The notes under the pieces are model-generated. The model ran no database searches and had not been told where the DNA came from. It saw nothing but the letters and a program-made list of their open reading frames with translations. The position numbers were made by a program, and so were the translations under genes. From positions 4,847 through 68,846 of the forward strand of contig DASUUX010000193.1 in assembly GCA_036373855.1 (NCBI GenBank): a DNA stretch of 64,000 nucleotides, given 5' to 3'. This document shows positions 40,180 to 49,111 of the stretch, piece after piece. The stretch's first letter is position 1. Each line of letters begins with the position of its first letter. The DNA comes from Nitrososphaera sp. GTDB lineage: Archaea > Thermoproteota > Nitrososphaeria > Nitrososphaerales > Nitrososphaeraceae.

Positions 40180-40889
40180 GGTTGGCTATCCTCTTATTAT
40201 TACTTTATTGATATTTATTAGACAGTATTAAAGCTGTAATGACGGGAAACACCGTTTTGAGGAAACTGCAATATCTGAAAATCTGGATTAGTCATTTGAA
40301 AGATTGATTAATGGCACTTTACAAGACAGCCGACTTACTCTCGTTACCTGTGCATGGTAGTCTGTATGAAGGGGCTATTACTACTTCTCATACTGAGATA
40401 ACATGTAACATCACGCCACAACGGTTACATCATAGCAATTGTATTATGTAACATCGAAAAAAGAGACGTTTTATGAAGACAATAATGTTAGGAAAAAGTG
40501 GACCTCAGGTAAAGATACTTACGAATTGTTTTTCGACTACTATAGACGTTTATACTACATTTATCTTTGTGTCCGGAATAGTGAATGTGAAGGATGGATG
40601 AGCGGAGTATTATGATGAGAAAACTAGCCGTCATATCCAGTTGTCAATGACTTGGCAGATAGCCAGCAGTAGAACGATCCTCCAAAGGAAAGATGTTGGA
40701 AAAAAATATTGAAGTGATAATATATATGTAAAATCAGTTTCAAAGGGTATCAATTCGAAAGAAAGAGAGGCAATAATTTGTGCAAGTTATGATTTTGAAG
40801 ACTCTAAAAACGTAAATTATGTGTAAAATCCCGTGTCCTACCTGGAGATCGCAAAAGAAGCTACAACGTCAGTCTTCGCATGTTAAACC

Positions 40890-40917
40890 TAGCGCCATTG
40901 TGCGCTGGCGCTATTTT
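40890..40917 (+). terminator. GC-rich hairpin followed by a T-run (possible terminator)
   Basis: TAGCGCCA (40890-97) / TGGCGCTA (40906-13) followed by TTTT. Confidence 0.35.
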
Positions 40918-41021
40918 CTGTATCGTTATATCCATACTGTTTTTAGCCATGTATGTGCAATACCTCTTGCACTTACAATATGGCGATACGATATAGATGT
41001 GTCCACTGCAATATTGTCTTA

Positions 41022-41115
41022 AGCGGGGAAGGCGCTTCTAGGCATTACCTTGCCAACCCTACCCACAAGCTCGAAAAGCTGCCTCCTCCAGTAAAGCCGG
41101 TGAAGAACACCCGCT
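41022..41115 (-). ncRNA. Candidate structured RNA element directly 3' of the UPF0147 gene
   Basis: GC-rich island closed by AGCGGG/CCCGCT with internal hairpins CCGG/CTGG, AGCT/AGCT and GGCA/TGCC; G-U pairs favour the minus strand. Confidence 0.35.
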
Positions 41116-41117
41116 AG

Positions 41118-41408
41118 CTATTCCCTTATACTTTCGAGAGTCGATACTACCTGCCACAACATTGTGCGGATGTGTGACTGCATCTGAGGGCTTTGAGTCG
41201 CACTGTCAAGCAGACTTATTGCATTTGCAGCCCTCACTGAAAGGCTCCCGCTCTTCTCATCCTTGAGTGCAAGAAGCACTTCTTTTATCATGTTTCGGAT
41301 ACTCTTCTGGATATCACTATTTCTTGTAATAGAATCCAGAGTTTCAATGGCGCGAGCAAGGCGCTGTTGGTTTTCTTTTTCTTTAAGTTCCCTTTTTGAT
41401 GATGTCAT
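41118..41408 (-). CDS. UPF0147 family protein
   Basis: SLSVRAANAISLLD..PQMQSHIRTMLWQVVSTLESIRE; ATG at 41408 preceded by GGAGG. Confidence 0.9.
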   Translation of the reverse strand: MTSSKRELKEKENQQRLARAIETLDSITRNSDIQKSIRNMIKEVLLALKDEKSGSLSVRAANAISLLDSATQSPQMQSHIRTMLWQVVSTLESIRE

Positions 41409-41921
41409 TATGCAGGCCTCCAAACGACTGCTTATCTACCTGCTAGTTGCTTTTGAATGTTTTTGTGGTCGCTGATCTCAAAGAGACTTGCCCACGCAGC
41501 ATTGAATGACGTATATATACCTCTGAAGCCTTTTTTCTAAACCAAGGAAAAGCATTCGGCATTCGTATTTTCCACGCTACTCTTTCCCAGAAGATTGTGT
41601 GCCATATAGACTTCAAAAGCGGATCCCTGAGGACTTGAAGCAACATGCTTACAAGAAATTCTGAATGAGATCACGGTCGTGCTTATCCTCACTTTCAAGA
41701 GGCCAAGCCAGCCATAGAGGGGAGGGGAGGCACTTCCGGTTCACTACAGAAAGATTAATTCTCCTTTCCCATTTTTTGAAGGTAGCCCTATACGTAACAG
41801 GTACGAATTGTTTTCTGAGCGTCGATCTCTGTATATATATATTTTATATCTCTGATATGACTGCATCACTTAAATGGCCTATTGTTCCCTCTGTATTTCA
41901 GAGGTTAAACAAACAACGTAA

Positions 41922-42119
41922 ATGGCGGCAGAAGAACAACTAAAGTGCAACATTTGTGGTGGCATCACAGTGAGCTCGAGCCAAGCAAAGCAACACGCAT
42001 CAACATCTTCTCATGAATTGAACAAGTCAAAGCTCGAGCAAGAGCTCAATGCTGTAAGGATGGAAGATTATCAAAATGACAGCTCCGTAGTTATCAGTTG
42101 GGAGAGAAGCTCTGTGTGA
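41922..42119 (+). CDS. Small zinc-finger protein (C2H2-like)
   Basis: CNICGG..KQHASTSSH. Confidence 0.7.
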   Translation: MAAEEQLKCNICGGITVSSSQAKQHASTSSHELNKSKLEQELNAVRMEDYQNDSSVVISWERSSV

Positions 42120-42123
42120 CTCA

Positions 42124-42549
42124 CTATTTCACTATCATCACAGCGCACTTAGCATGATGAAGCACCTTGTTTGAGATGCTGCCGAGCACCATCTCTTTGA
42201 ACCTCCCAAGGCCTCGCCTGCCAATGATTATAGTATCAAAGTCTCCCTTCTGAGCATACCCAACTATGTTGGAAGCTGCATCACCTTCGCCAATAACTGT
42301 TTCTATTTTGACGTCGCTTTTCTCGGCTATTTGCTTGCACTTGTCCAAGATTTTTGCCGACTCTGCCCTGAAGTTGGCAAGGAGGTCGTTGAGCAGCTTT
42401 TGTGACTCGACATACACCGTCGGAGGGTTTTCTATGACATTCATCGCAGTTATATTGGCACCTGTCTTTTTTGCAAGGTAAATTGCGTGTTCAAGGGCGC
42501 GAAGAGAGTTTTCGGATCCATCTACTGGCACCAGTATCTTTGAAAGCAT
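42124..42549 (-). CDS. Universal stress protein
   Basis: KILVPVDGSENS, IIIGRRG, LGSISNKVLHHAKCAVMIVK. Confidence 0.95.
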   Translation of the reverse strand: MLSKILVPVDGSENSLRALEHAIYLAKKTGANITAMNVIENPPTVYVESQKLLNDLLANFRAESAKILDKCKQIAEKSDVKIETVIGEGDAASNIVGYAQKGDFDTIIIGRRGLGRFKEMVLGSISNKVLHHAKCAVMIVK

Positions 42550-42584
42550 GGATGTACGAATATTGTATTAGTAGCAATATTATT

Positions 42585-43667
42585 TTAATGCAGTGCCAGG
42601 TCCTGCGGCAGAAGGAACATGATGAAGATGCTTATGACATATAGCGCAGCGAGCATTATTCCCACCTTGAGGCCTATTTCTTTTTTCATAAACATCGGTA
42701 TGAGTGCGAGGATAGTGACCGTAGTCACCAAGATCATCTGGTATTGCAAAATTGGGTTTACTTCGATGCTGGCATAAAAGCCTCCGTGATACATTGCTCC
42801 GAATACTGCCACAGCCAGCAGCAGGGTATTGTTGAGTATCTTTGAGCCAAGTACGTTTGCTACTGCTATTGATGCGCCTGCCGCTCCTTTCCTTGCAAGA
42901 AGCATCATCGAAATTTTCTCCGGCATTTCCCCTGCTATAGGGCTGATTATTACTGCAAGGACAATAATAGAAACCCCTGCTTCAATAGAGAATCCTTCAA
43001 GAGAATGTATGAATGGCTCTGCTCCCAAAAATATGCCGGCTGTGCCTGCAGCAAAGGCCAGCATAGCCTTTATCATTTCCTTGCTAGGCCCTTTTTCCTG
43101 CAGGCTTTCTTCAACCTTCACGACTTTGTGGTCCGGATGATTGCCGACCACTTTCTCTTGCTTTATCTTTTTTACCACCTTTTTTTCAGCTCTCATCTCC
43201 ATTAAGGCCATCACAAGGTAGGCTCCAAACATGGCGGCAAAGATAAAGCCGTCGATAAAGTTGTAGCCATCTATGAACAGCGCTGCGCTGATGACAGCAG
43301 TTGCGAGCAGGAATATCTTGTCGAGCTTGAATGTGGCAACATCCACACCTTTGAGCGGCGCTTTTGACAGACGGGTTGTAGCTATAAGAAGCATTATTGA
43401 GAGGCCTAGTGTCATCATCAGAAGGTTGCTTCCAAGGCCTGCTCCTATTGCTGTGCCGTAAAAGCCTCCTGCTGCAGCATAAATGACTATGGCGATCTCT
43501 GGAAGAGTAGTCGCGACGCTCAGCAGCGTCCGCCCTACGAATTTTGCACCATACTTTTTTGAGAGATGCTCAGCCCCGTAGGCAAGTAGAAAGCTTGCAA
43601 CAGTAAGCTCCGAAAGCCACAAAAGCATCGTCAAAAGGTTTTCTGCCAAACTAGTGTTGCTAGTCAA
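42585..43667 (-). CDS. Sodium/calcium antiporter family (CaCA) protein
   Basis: Alpha-repeats ATTLPE..GSN and GEMPEK..NVLGS. Confidence 0.85.
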   Translation of the reverse strand: MTSNTSLAENLLTMLLWLSELTVASFLLAYGAEHLSKKYGAKFVGRTLLSVATTLPEIAIVIYAAAGGFYGTAIGAGLGSNLLMMTLGLSIMLLIATTRLSKAPLKGVDVATFKLDKIFLLATAVISAALFIDGYNFIDGFIFAAMFGAYLVMALMEMRAEKKVVKKIKQEKVVGNHPDHKVVKVEESLQEKGPSKEMIKAMLAFAAGTAGIFLGAEPFIHSLEGFSIEAGVSIIVLAVIISPIAGEMPEKISMMLLARKGAAGASIAVANVLGSKILNNTLLLAVAVFGAMYHGGFYASIEVNPILQYQMILVTTVTILALIPMFMKKEIGLKVGIMLAALYVISIFIMFLLPQDLALH

Positions 43668-43781
43668 CCCAGGCTTAATATAAACTAGTTAGCGGACCGA
43701 CAATCTTCCAAATCTTATTTAACTTTCTTATCGTTAACTCTTTTCGATCTTCTGTACGAAGCGAATTGTATAGCAGTTAAT

Positions 43782-45002
43782 TTGGAGTATGGCGTATATT
43801 ATATTGGTTTGATTGCAAATATTGTTCACATTAGTCTGAATGCTCGAGGAGGCGGAGAGCGTCTCGCAGTCGCTACGATAAAGGCGATTTCATCTATGGG
43901 GATTGGTGTTGAGCTCTCCACTGTGGAAAAGCCTGATATGGCGTTGATACACAATGCCTATGGCACAAGCATAGAGGGAGATCTCAAAAAGATAAGAACG
44001 CTCAATATCCTCCAAAAATATGGCCCCCGCAATTATAGCCTCACGGTTAATACGCATGGGGACATACTTCCATTTTACCACAAAGACTTCACCAAGATGA
44101 ATGCGATCACATATTGCCACTATCCTATTGCAAGGTACTTGATCGATTGCGGTGACCCCGATTACTTGTCCGTCCTACAGAACATGTGTCTTTTAGGTAT
44201 GCCACCGGCAGTCCGCAATGGATACTATGATGCGGCCAGGAGCGCTTACATTAAGATGATGTTAAACTCTACCGTGCTTACCAACTCGGAATTCAGCCGC
44301 AAGGCGATCTTTAAGACATTTGGTGTGGATTCGACAATCCTACCCCCGCCTGTCGACGTCGACATATTCCGTAACCAATGCCTAGCATCAAACATCCGCG
44401 ATGACTCTGTCTTGGTAATCTCACGGTTTCACCCGAGTAAAAAGATAGAGAACGCGATACTTCTTGCCAAACTGCTCCGTCAAAACGAGGTGGGCATATG
44501 CATGAACATTGTAGGAAATATGCCACCCGACGGCATTGGATACTTCAATTATCTTAACGATCTTGTAAGGCACTATGGCTTGGAGGATTTTATCAGATTT
44601 AAGATAAACGTCAGGTTTGATAGGCTGCTCGATCTCATGCGTAGGTCAAAGGTCTATGTTCACCCGCTACCCGGAGAACCCTTTGGCATATCCACTGTGG
44701 AAGGGATGAGCGCAGGCATAATTCCAGTCGTTCCAGATATAGGAGGGCATACAGAATTCGTCCCAGCAAGGTACCAATTCCATACCTTTGGGCAAGGAGT
44801 AGAAGCCGTGGCAGCGGCGCTTGCTGCACCTGCATCAGAACGGATCAAGTTAAGCCAATCTACACAAAAGTACTCTGTTACAAGCTATGTCAAGAAATTC
44901 CAACAAATACTGGTCGAAGTTATGGATATCGGCAGAAAGCCTCTGGAATCAAAGCCCGTCATTTCACTTTCAAAGAGGCTACCAGAATCCATGGCTCCCT
45001 GA
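43782..45002 (+). CDS. GT4 glycosyltransferase (ALG11-like)
   Basis: GGGERLA, YCHYP, TNSEFS, ISRFHPSKK, EPFGISTVEGMSAG. Confidence 0.9.
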   Translation: MEYGVYYIGLIANIVHISLNARGGGERLAVATIKAISSMGIGVELSTVEKPDMALIHNAYGTSIEGDLKKIRTLNILQKYGPRNYSLTVNTHGDILPFYHKDFTKMNAITYCHYPIARYLIDCGDPDYLSVLQNMCLLGMPPAVRNGYYDAARSAYIKMMLNSTVLTNSEFSRKAIFKTFGVDSTILPPPVDVDIFRNQCLASNIRDDSVLVISRFHPSKKIENAILLAKLLRQNEVGICMNIVGNMPPDGIGYFNYLNDLVRHYGLEDFIRFKINVRFDRLLDLMRRSKVYVHPLPGEPFGISTVEGMSAGIIPVVPDIGGHTEFVPARYQFHTFGQGVEAVAAALAAPASERIKLSQSTQKYSVTSYVKKFQQILVEVMDIGRKPLESKPVISLSKRLPESMAP

Positions 45003-45003
45003 C

Positions 45004-45837
45004 CTAGCGAGCGCGCGTATACACATATGCCGTGTCAAGTATCTGGTCAGTGGTCCAAAGCGTCGGCAAGGTGATGGTGCCTATAAGTTTCAGACCAAAG
45101 CTTGTAATGATATTTCCCCATCCCCAGCTGGTCTGGTCTCTTGTGAGAGACTTCATGACATGGCTTCCCATGAAGTTAAAACCAGCATTGTGCTTCATCT
45201 TCTCAACTGACAGCACCTGACGGATGACGCTGTTTGCAAGCATTTCTCCCATTTCTGGCAGCCCAGAGATAAAGAATATCGGTTTTGAGAGATCCAAGCT
45301 GCTATAATCAAAGCGCGTTGCGTCTGCCCTTATCGCGTTATATTTGATGCCTGTCCTGGACGACACTGCATCTTGCAATTTCACAAGCTCGTCGTCGATC
45401 TCTATGCCGTATGATTCAATTCCTAGAAGACTTGCGCAATACGCTATTCTACCATCGCCAGAGCCAACATCGACCAACTGATCAAATCCAAGCGACTTTG
45501 CTTCCAGCGCAAGCGTATAAGCAGACAGCATCCAAGTGGGGTAGAATGGTTGATAGCTTGTGTCATGCTTTTTACTACTCAACCAATAGTTATTGATATC
45601 GCCTTCGTAAATCCTGCATGGTATTCCACAAATTTCTGCATCATGTGACATGAAGTATATAGGATTGGCTGTTGCAAACCTGTGTAACGAGTCAAGCACA
45701 TCATTGTCAATGGGCAAAGACTTAGAGTAGTATCGAGGTATGATTTCAGTGAGCAGGCTTCTCGTACTTTTATAGGCTCGCACAAATTGGTTCTTCAGGA
45801 GAGCTACTGCTTCTGGAATGGAATCATCAATTGTCAT
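45004..45837 (-). CDS. Putative class I SAM-dependent methyltransferase
   Basis: FYPT, VDVGSGDGRI, GIEID, RADAT; start moved to ATG 45837 because the upstream frame overlaps a small gene. Confidence 0.75.
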   Translation of the reverse strand: MTIDDSIPEAVALLKNQFVRAYKSTRSLLTEIIPRYYSKSLPIDNDVLDSLHRFATANPIYFMSHDAEICGIPCRIYEGDINNYWLSSKKHDTSYQPFYPTWMLSAYTLALEAKSLGFDQLVDVGSGDGRIAYCASLLGIESYGIEIDDELVKLQDAVSSRTGIKYNAIRADATRFDYSSLDLSKPIFFISGLPEMGEMLANSVIRQVLSVEKMKHNAGFNFMGSHVMKSLTRDQTSWGWGNIITSFGLKLIGTITLPTLWTTDQILDTAYVYTRAR

Positions 45838-45848
45838 TTCTCTTTCTC

Positions 45849-46022
45849 TTAGTAGACTGATTCTGCACTTGGGCGCAAACCCCTTCTGATGCTTTTGTGG
45901 CCACATTCTTTACAACGATAAAGCCTTCTACGCTTATACGTGTAGATGGTTTCCGGATCCTCGACTGTGTCGTGATGTGTTTTTACCATGCAGCGGTCAC
46001 AAAAGCGAAGCTCTATTGACAA
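45849..46022 (-). CDS. 57-aa zinc-ribbon micro-protein (eL42/L44e-like knuckles), not in the ORF track
   Basis: TTG start; MSIELRFCDRCMVKTHHDTVEDPETIYTYKRRRLYRCKECGHKSIRRGLRPSAESVY*; ends 11 nt before the MTase ATG. Confidence 0.8.
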   Translation of the reverse strand: MSIELRFCDRCMVKTHHDTVEDPETIYTYKRRRLYRCKECGHKSIRRGLRPSAESVY

Positions 46023-46248
46023 AATTATGTGCCTATGAGATAAATATCTGCACTTTCGGATATATATTATAGATCATCTAATCTTCTACGAAAAAAAGCC
46101 AACTCGAAGTTACTTGCCATATCTTCTGCCACATGCTTATTGCTCGATTAGAATTTTATGGAGGAAAATAGATCTTGCTGGTCAATATGCTATAATAGTG
46201 ACTTGCCAGTTCTCATAATGCTTTATAAAAGTAAATTTTTATAACTCA

Positions 46249-46464
46249 ATGAACTGCCATGACTCTGTAGTCATGTGGTCAAGTGTAGTGTTGTTTATAC
46301 TCACTTTTGCTGTCTTTGGACTCTTGCTGGGATTTGCAGCAGTTTACGATACAAATCAAGAGGTGCAAATGGGCAACAGCGCCGTGATACGTGAAAACGT
46401 AAGTGAAAATGTGACACAAGGCGCTCAGTCTAGCAGTACTGTTGCTAATGAAGAAAGCGAGTAG
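46249..46464 (+). CDS. Small single-TM protein
   Basis: Hydrophobic helix then polar tail; TTTATAAA box upstream. Confidence 0.5.
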   Translation: MNCHDSVVMWSSVVLFILTFAVFGLLLGFAAVYDTNQEVQMGNSAVIRENVSENVTQGAQSSSTVANEESE

Positions 46465-46493
46465 CAAAAAAGAGCGCACCTCACCACAATTCC

Positions 46494-47423
46494 TTACTTT
46501 CTCAGTTTCTTTGTCAAAAGCTCTGGCACTTCTGTGGGGCGCTTTGCAACTGGTACGTTTGCCCTTGCATAGTTGGCGACTTTTGATTCTGCAGAACCAT
46601 AGTTGCCATACACTATTGCACCAGCATGGCCCATTCTCTTCTCCTTTGGAGCTGCTCTTCCTGCAATGTATGCGATAACAGGCTTAGTGAAGCCTGTTCG
46701 TATGATGTGTTGTGCCAGCTGCTCTTCTGCATCTCCACCTATTTCGCCTACTACTACAATGGAGTCCACATCATTTCTATTCCTTACAAGGTTAAATGCT
46801 TCAATAAGATTTGTCCCATTGATGGGATCACCTCCAATGCCAAGGCATAACCTCTGCCCGAAGCCCTTGCTTGTAAGGTTATATGAGACTTCATACATCA
46901 ACGTTCCGCTGCGGGAAAATACTACCGTGGTCCCTGCCTTGAAGGGCTGGGCTGGCATTATTCCTATCTTCATTATTTCTGGCACAATGACGCCAGGAGT
47001 GTTTGGTCCAATCATCTTCGCACCCTTTTTCCTTGCATACTCTAGAATTTTTATTGTGTCTATGATTGGGATATGCTCAGGGATAGCAACTAGCAACTTA
47101 ATGCCGCTGTCAAGTGCCTCCATGGCAGCCTTGAGGAAAAATGGTGCAGGGACGAAAATTCCAGATATCAGTGCACCAGTAGCCTTTACAGCTTCAGTCA
47201 TCGTGTTGTAGACTGGTATGCCTTCAAAGTCCTGCCCACCCTTGCCTGGGGTCACGCCTGCTGCAATGTTTGTGCCATATGCCTTCATGAGCCGGGTGTG
47301 GGCCGATCCATAGCTGCCGGTGATACCCTGTATTATCACGGGCTTTCTGCCAAAGTCCTTATCTTCCTTGGTCCCAACAAGTACGTCAAAGATGTTGAAT
47401 GTTTTTTCCAAAGTTTTTGTCAT
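46494..47423 (-). CDS. sucD: Succinyl-CoA synthetase alpha subunit
   Basis: [39 protein letters not shown]. Confidence 0.95.
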   Translation of the reverse strand: MTKTLEKTFNIFDVLVGTKEDKDFGRKPVIIQGITGSYGSAHTRLMKAYGTNIAAGVTPGKGGQDFEGIPVYNTMTEAVKATGALISGIFVPAPFFLKAAMEALDSGIKLLVAIPEHIPIIDTIKILEYARKKGAKMIGPNTPGVIVPEIMKIGIMPAQPFKAGTTVVFSRSGTLMYEVSYNLTSKGFGQRLCLGIGGDPINGTNLIEAFNLVRNRNDVDSIVVVGEIGGDAEEQLAQHIIRTGFTKPVIAYIAGRAAPKEKRMGHAGAIVYGNYGSAESKVANYARANVPVAKRPTEVPELLTKKLRK

Positions 47424-47438
47424 ATTGATCCTCTATTG

Positions 47439-48560
47439 TTATTTGTTTACCGCTGCAACTGCAGATTGTATTGCCTCTTCCACTGTATTATAGATCTTTG
47501 CCCTGCTACCTTGGAGCATTTCTCTTGCCTTCTCAGACTCAGCCCCAGAGATCCTTGCAAACACAGGGACATTTATCACGTTGTTCTTGTACGCATCCAG
47601 TATAGCCTGCGCGACAAGGGTGGTTCTCACGATGCCCCCAAATAGGTTCACGAGTATCACTTCAACCCTCTTGATCTTGCTTATCACTTTTAGTGCCTCA
47701 TAGATGGTCTCAGTAGTGGCCCTTCCGCCAAAGTCCAAGAATGCTCCGGCCTTGCCCCCAGCATCCGAGACCATGTCAAGTGTAGACATTACAAGGCCTG
47801 CTCCGTTGCCAATGATAGCTATGTTGCCGTCGAGCTCGACAAGAGAAAAACCGCTGCCTTCCGCCTGCTTTTCAAGCTCTGACACATGCTCATACTTTTT
47901 TAGCTCCGGATGTCGGAATAATGCATTATCATCAATTATCACTTTCGCGTCAAGGGCCATAAGAGAACCATCTTGTAGAATCGCAACAGGATTTATCTCT
48001 GCTAGCTCAGCCTCTTTTTCATTTACCAGCTTTGATAGCTTGGTTGTAAAGTCCACAAAAGAAATGACAGTTGCTCCTGTCAGACCCAGTTTTGCAGCAG
48101 TATCCTCGGCCTCTTGAGGACTCAGACCATCGATTGGCACGTCAACCATCACTTTGCCCCCAGCATTTTCAATGTCAATGCCACCTTCAGCGGAAGATAT
48201 TAGCGAGTAACATCGCTTGCTCCTGTTCAGGAAGAGCGACAGGTACAATTCTTTCTCGATATCGACCATTTCTTCAAGTAGGATGCCGCGGGGAAATTCT
48301 CCCTTGACTTCTTTGTGCAAGAGCTCATTGAACTTGGAGTCAAGCTCGGCTTCACTTTTACATTTGACAATAGCTCCTGCCTTGCCTCTTCCACCCACTG
48401 TGAGCTGCGATTTGATTACGAGGGGATAGCCAAGTTTGTTGCCACCTTCCCTTGCTTCATGTATCGTGTGAGCAAGATATGACCTTGGTACCCTGATTCC
48501 AAATTCATCAAAAAGCTCCTTTCCTTGGTATTCTAGCAATCTCATGTTTTGAGCAAACAA
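47439..48560 (-). CDS. sucC: Succinyl-CoA synthetase beta subunit
   Basis: LLEYQGKELF, GGRGKAG, EINP, LDAK, GNGAGLVM, FLDFGG, NLFGGI. Confidence 0.95.
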   Translation of the reverse strand: MFAQNMRLLEYQGKELFDEFGIRVPRSYLAHTIHEAREGGNKLGYPLVIKSQLTVGGRGKAGAIVKCKSEAELDSKFNELLHKEVKGEFPRGILLEEMVDIEKELYLSLFLNRSKRCYSLISSAEGGIDIENAGGKVMVDVPIDGLSPQEAEDTAAKLGLTGATVISFVDFTTKLSKLVNEKEAELAEINPVAILQDGSLMALDAKVIIDDNALFRHPELKKYEHVSELEKQAEGSGFSLVELDGNIAIIGNGAGLVMSTLDMVSDAGGKAGAFLDFGGRATTETIYEALKVISKIKRVEVILVNLFGGIVRTTLVAQAILDAYKNNVINVPVFARISGAESEKAREMLQGSRAKIYNTVEEAIQSAVAAVNK

Positions 48561-48702
48561 TCAATTGTCGCTATTTATAAATCAAATTACTGTTTGTTAT
48601 TGAAAGTATCAACAACGAGTGTATGCTATATGATTCAGTGATATACTAAAAGAGAGAGATATATGTGCTTTTGAGTTTCTTTTCAAACCAGTGGGGCCAC
48701 AG

Positions 48703-48896
48703 CAGAGTGGAATTGAACCAGATAAGTGTGGCTACTAACTTGCTTCAGTAGCCGCAGGTTTTTTTGAATAACAGGGAAGGCAAAAAGACTCCTCATATTG
48801 TAATTCTGGCGTATCTAATTTTGGAAGTGTAAGAGGCTATTTTCTTGAAGCTTTGTAAGCATGAGAAAACACACACAGAGTGGGATTTGAATCACG
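48703..48896 (-). repeat. Two degenerate tRNA T-arm-like fragments
   Basis: CAGAGTGGAATTGAACCA (48703-20) and CAGAGTGGGATTTGAATCACG (48876-96); reverse complements resemble the GGTTCAAATCCC T-loop. Confidence 0.4.
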
Positions 48897-49111
48897 CTGC
48901 AAAGGCTGGCAAAGCATTAGAATGTAAGGTTTGTCATCTGTCTTTGCGTCAGGGGCGTTTGTGATGACTACAACAACAAGCCAGGTCTTGTTTTTCAACA
49001 TTCAGAGAACATGATATCATGAATTATTGATTCTGCTCAACTTATTCCCAATTATGCCACTTTGTGCTGTCCCAACCTAGTAGCCATTATCTCTGCTCGT
49101 ATATTTCTATT

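Noticed and set aside
40473..40600. MKTIMLGKSGPQV, an aldo/keto-reductase-like N-terminus
   Set aside because: Similarity lasts about 13 codons; too short to call
41070..41105. HDV-like ribozyme suggested by GCCTCCTC
   Set aside because: The complementary P3 strand and nested pseudoknot cannot be formed
41019..41120. TAG read-through extension of UPF0147 (about 32 open codons)
   Set aside because: An open stretch this short is expected by chance in GC-rich DNA; no pyrrolysine machinery in view
41443..41943. ORFs 41443-41646 and 41665-41943
   Set aside because: No recognisable motifs; they overlap probable promoter and leader regions
46603..47211. Long antisense ORFs (this 202-aa one, 53141-53659, 19007-19414, 47704-48117 and others)
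   Set aside because: Shadows of well-supported genes on the opposite strand
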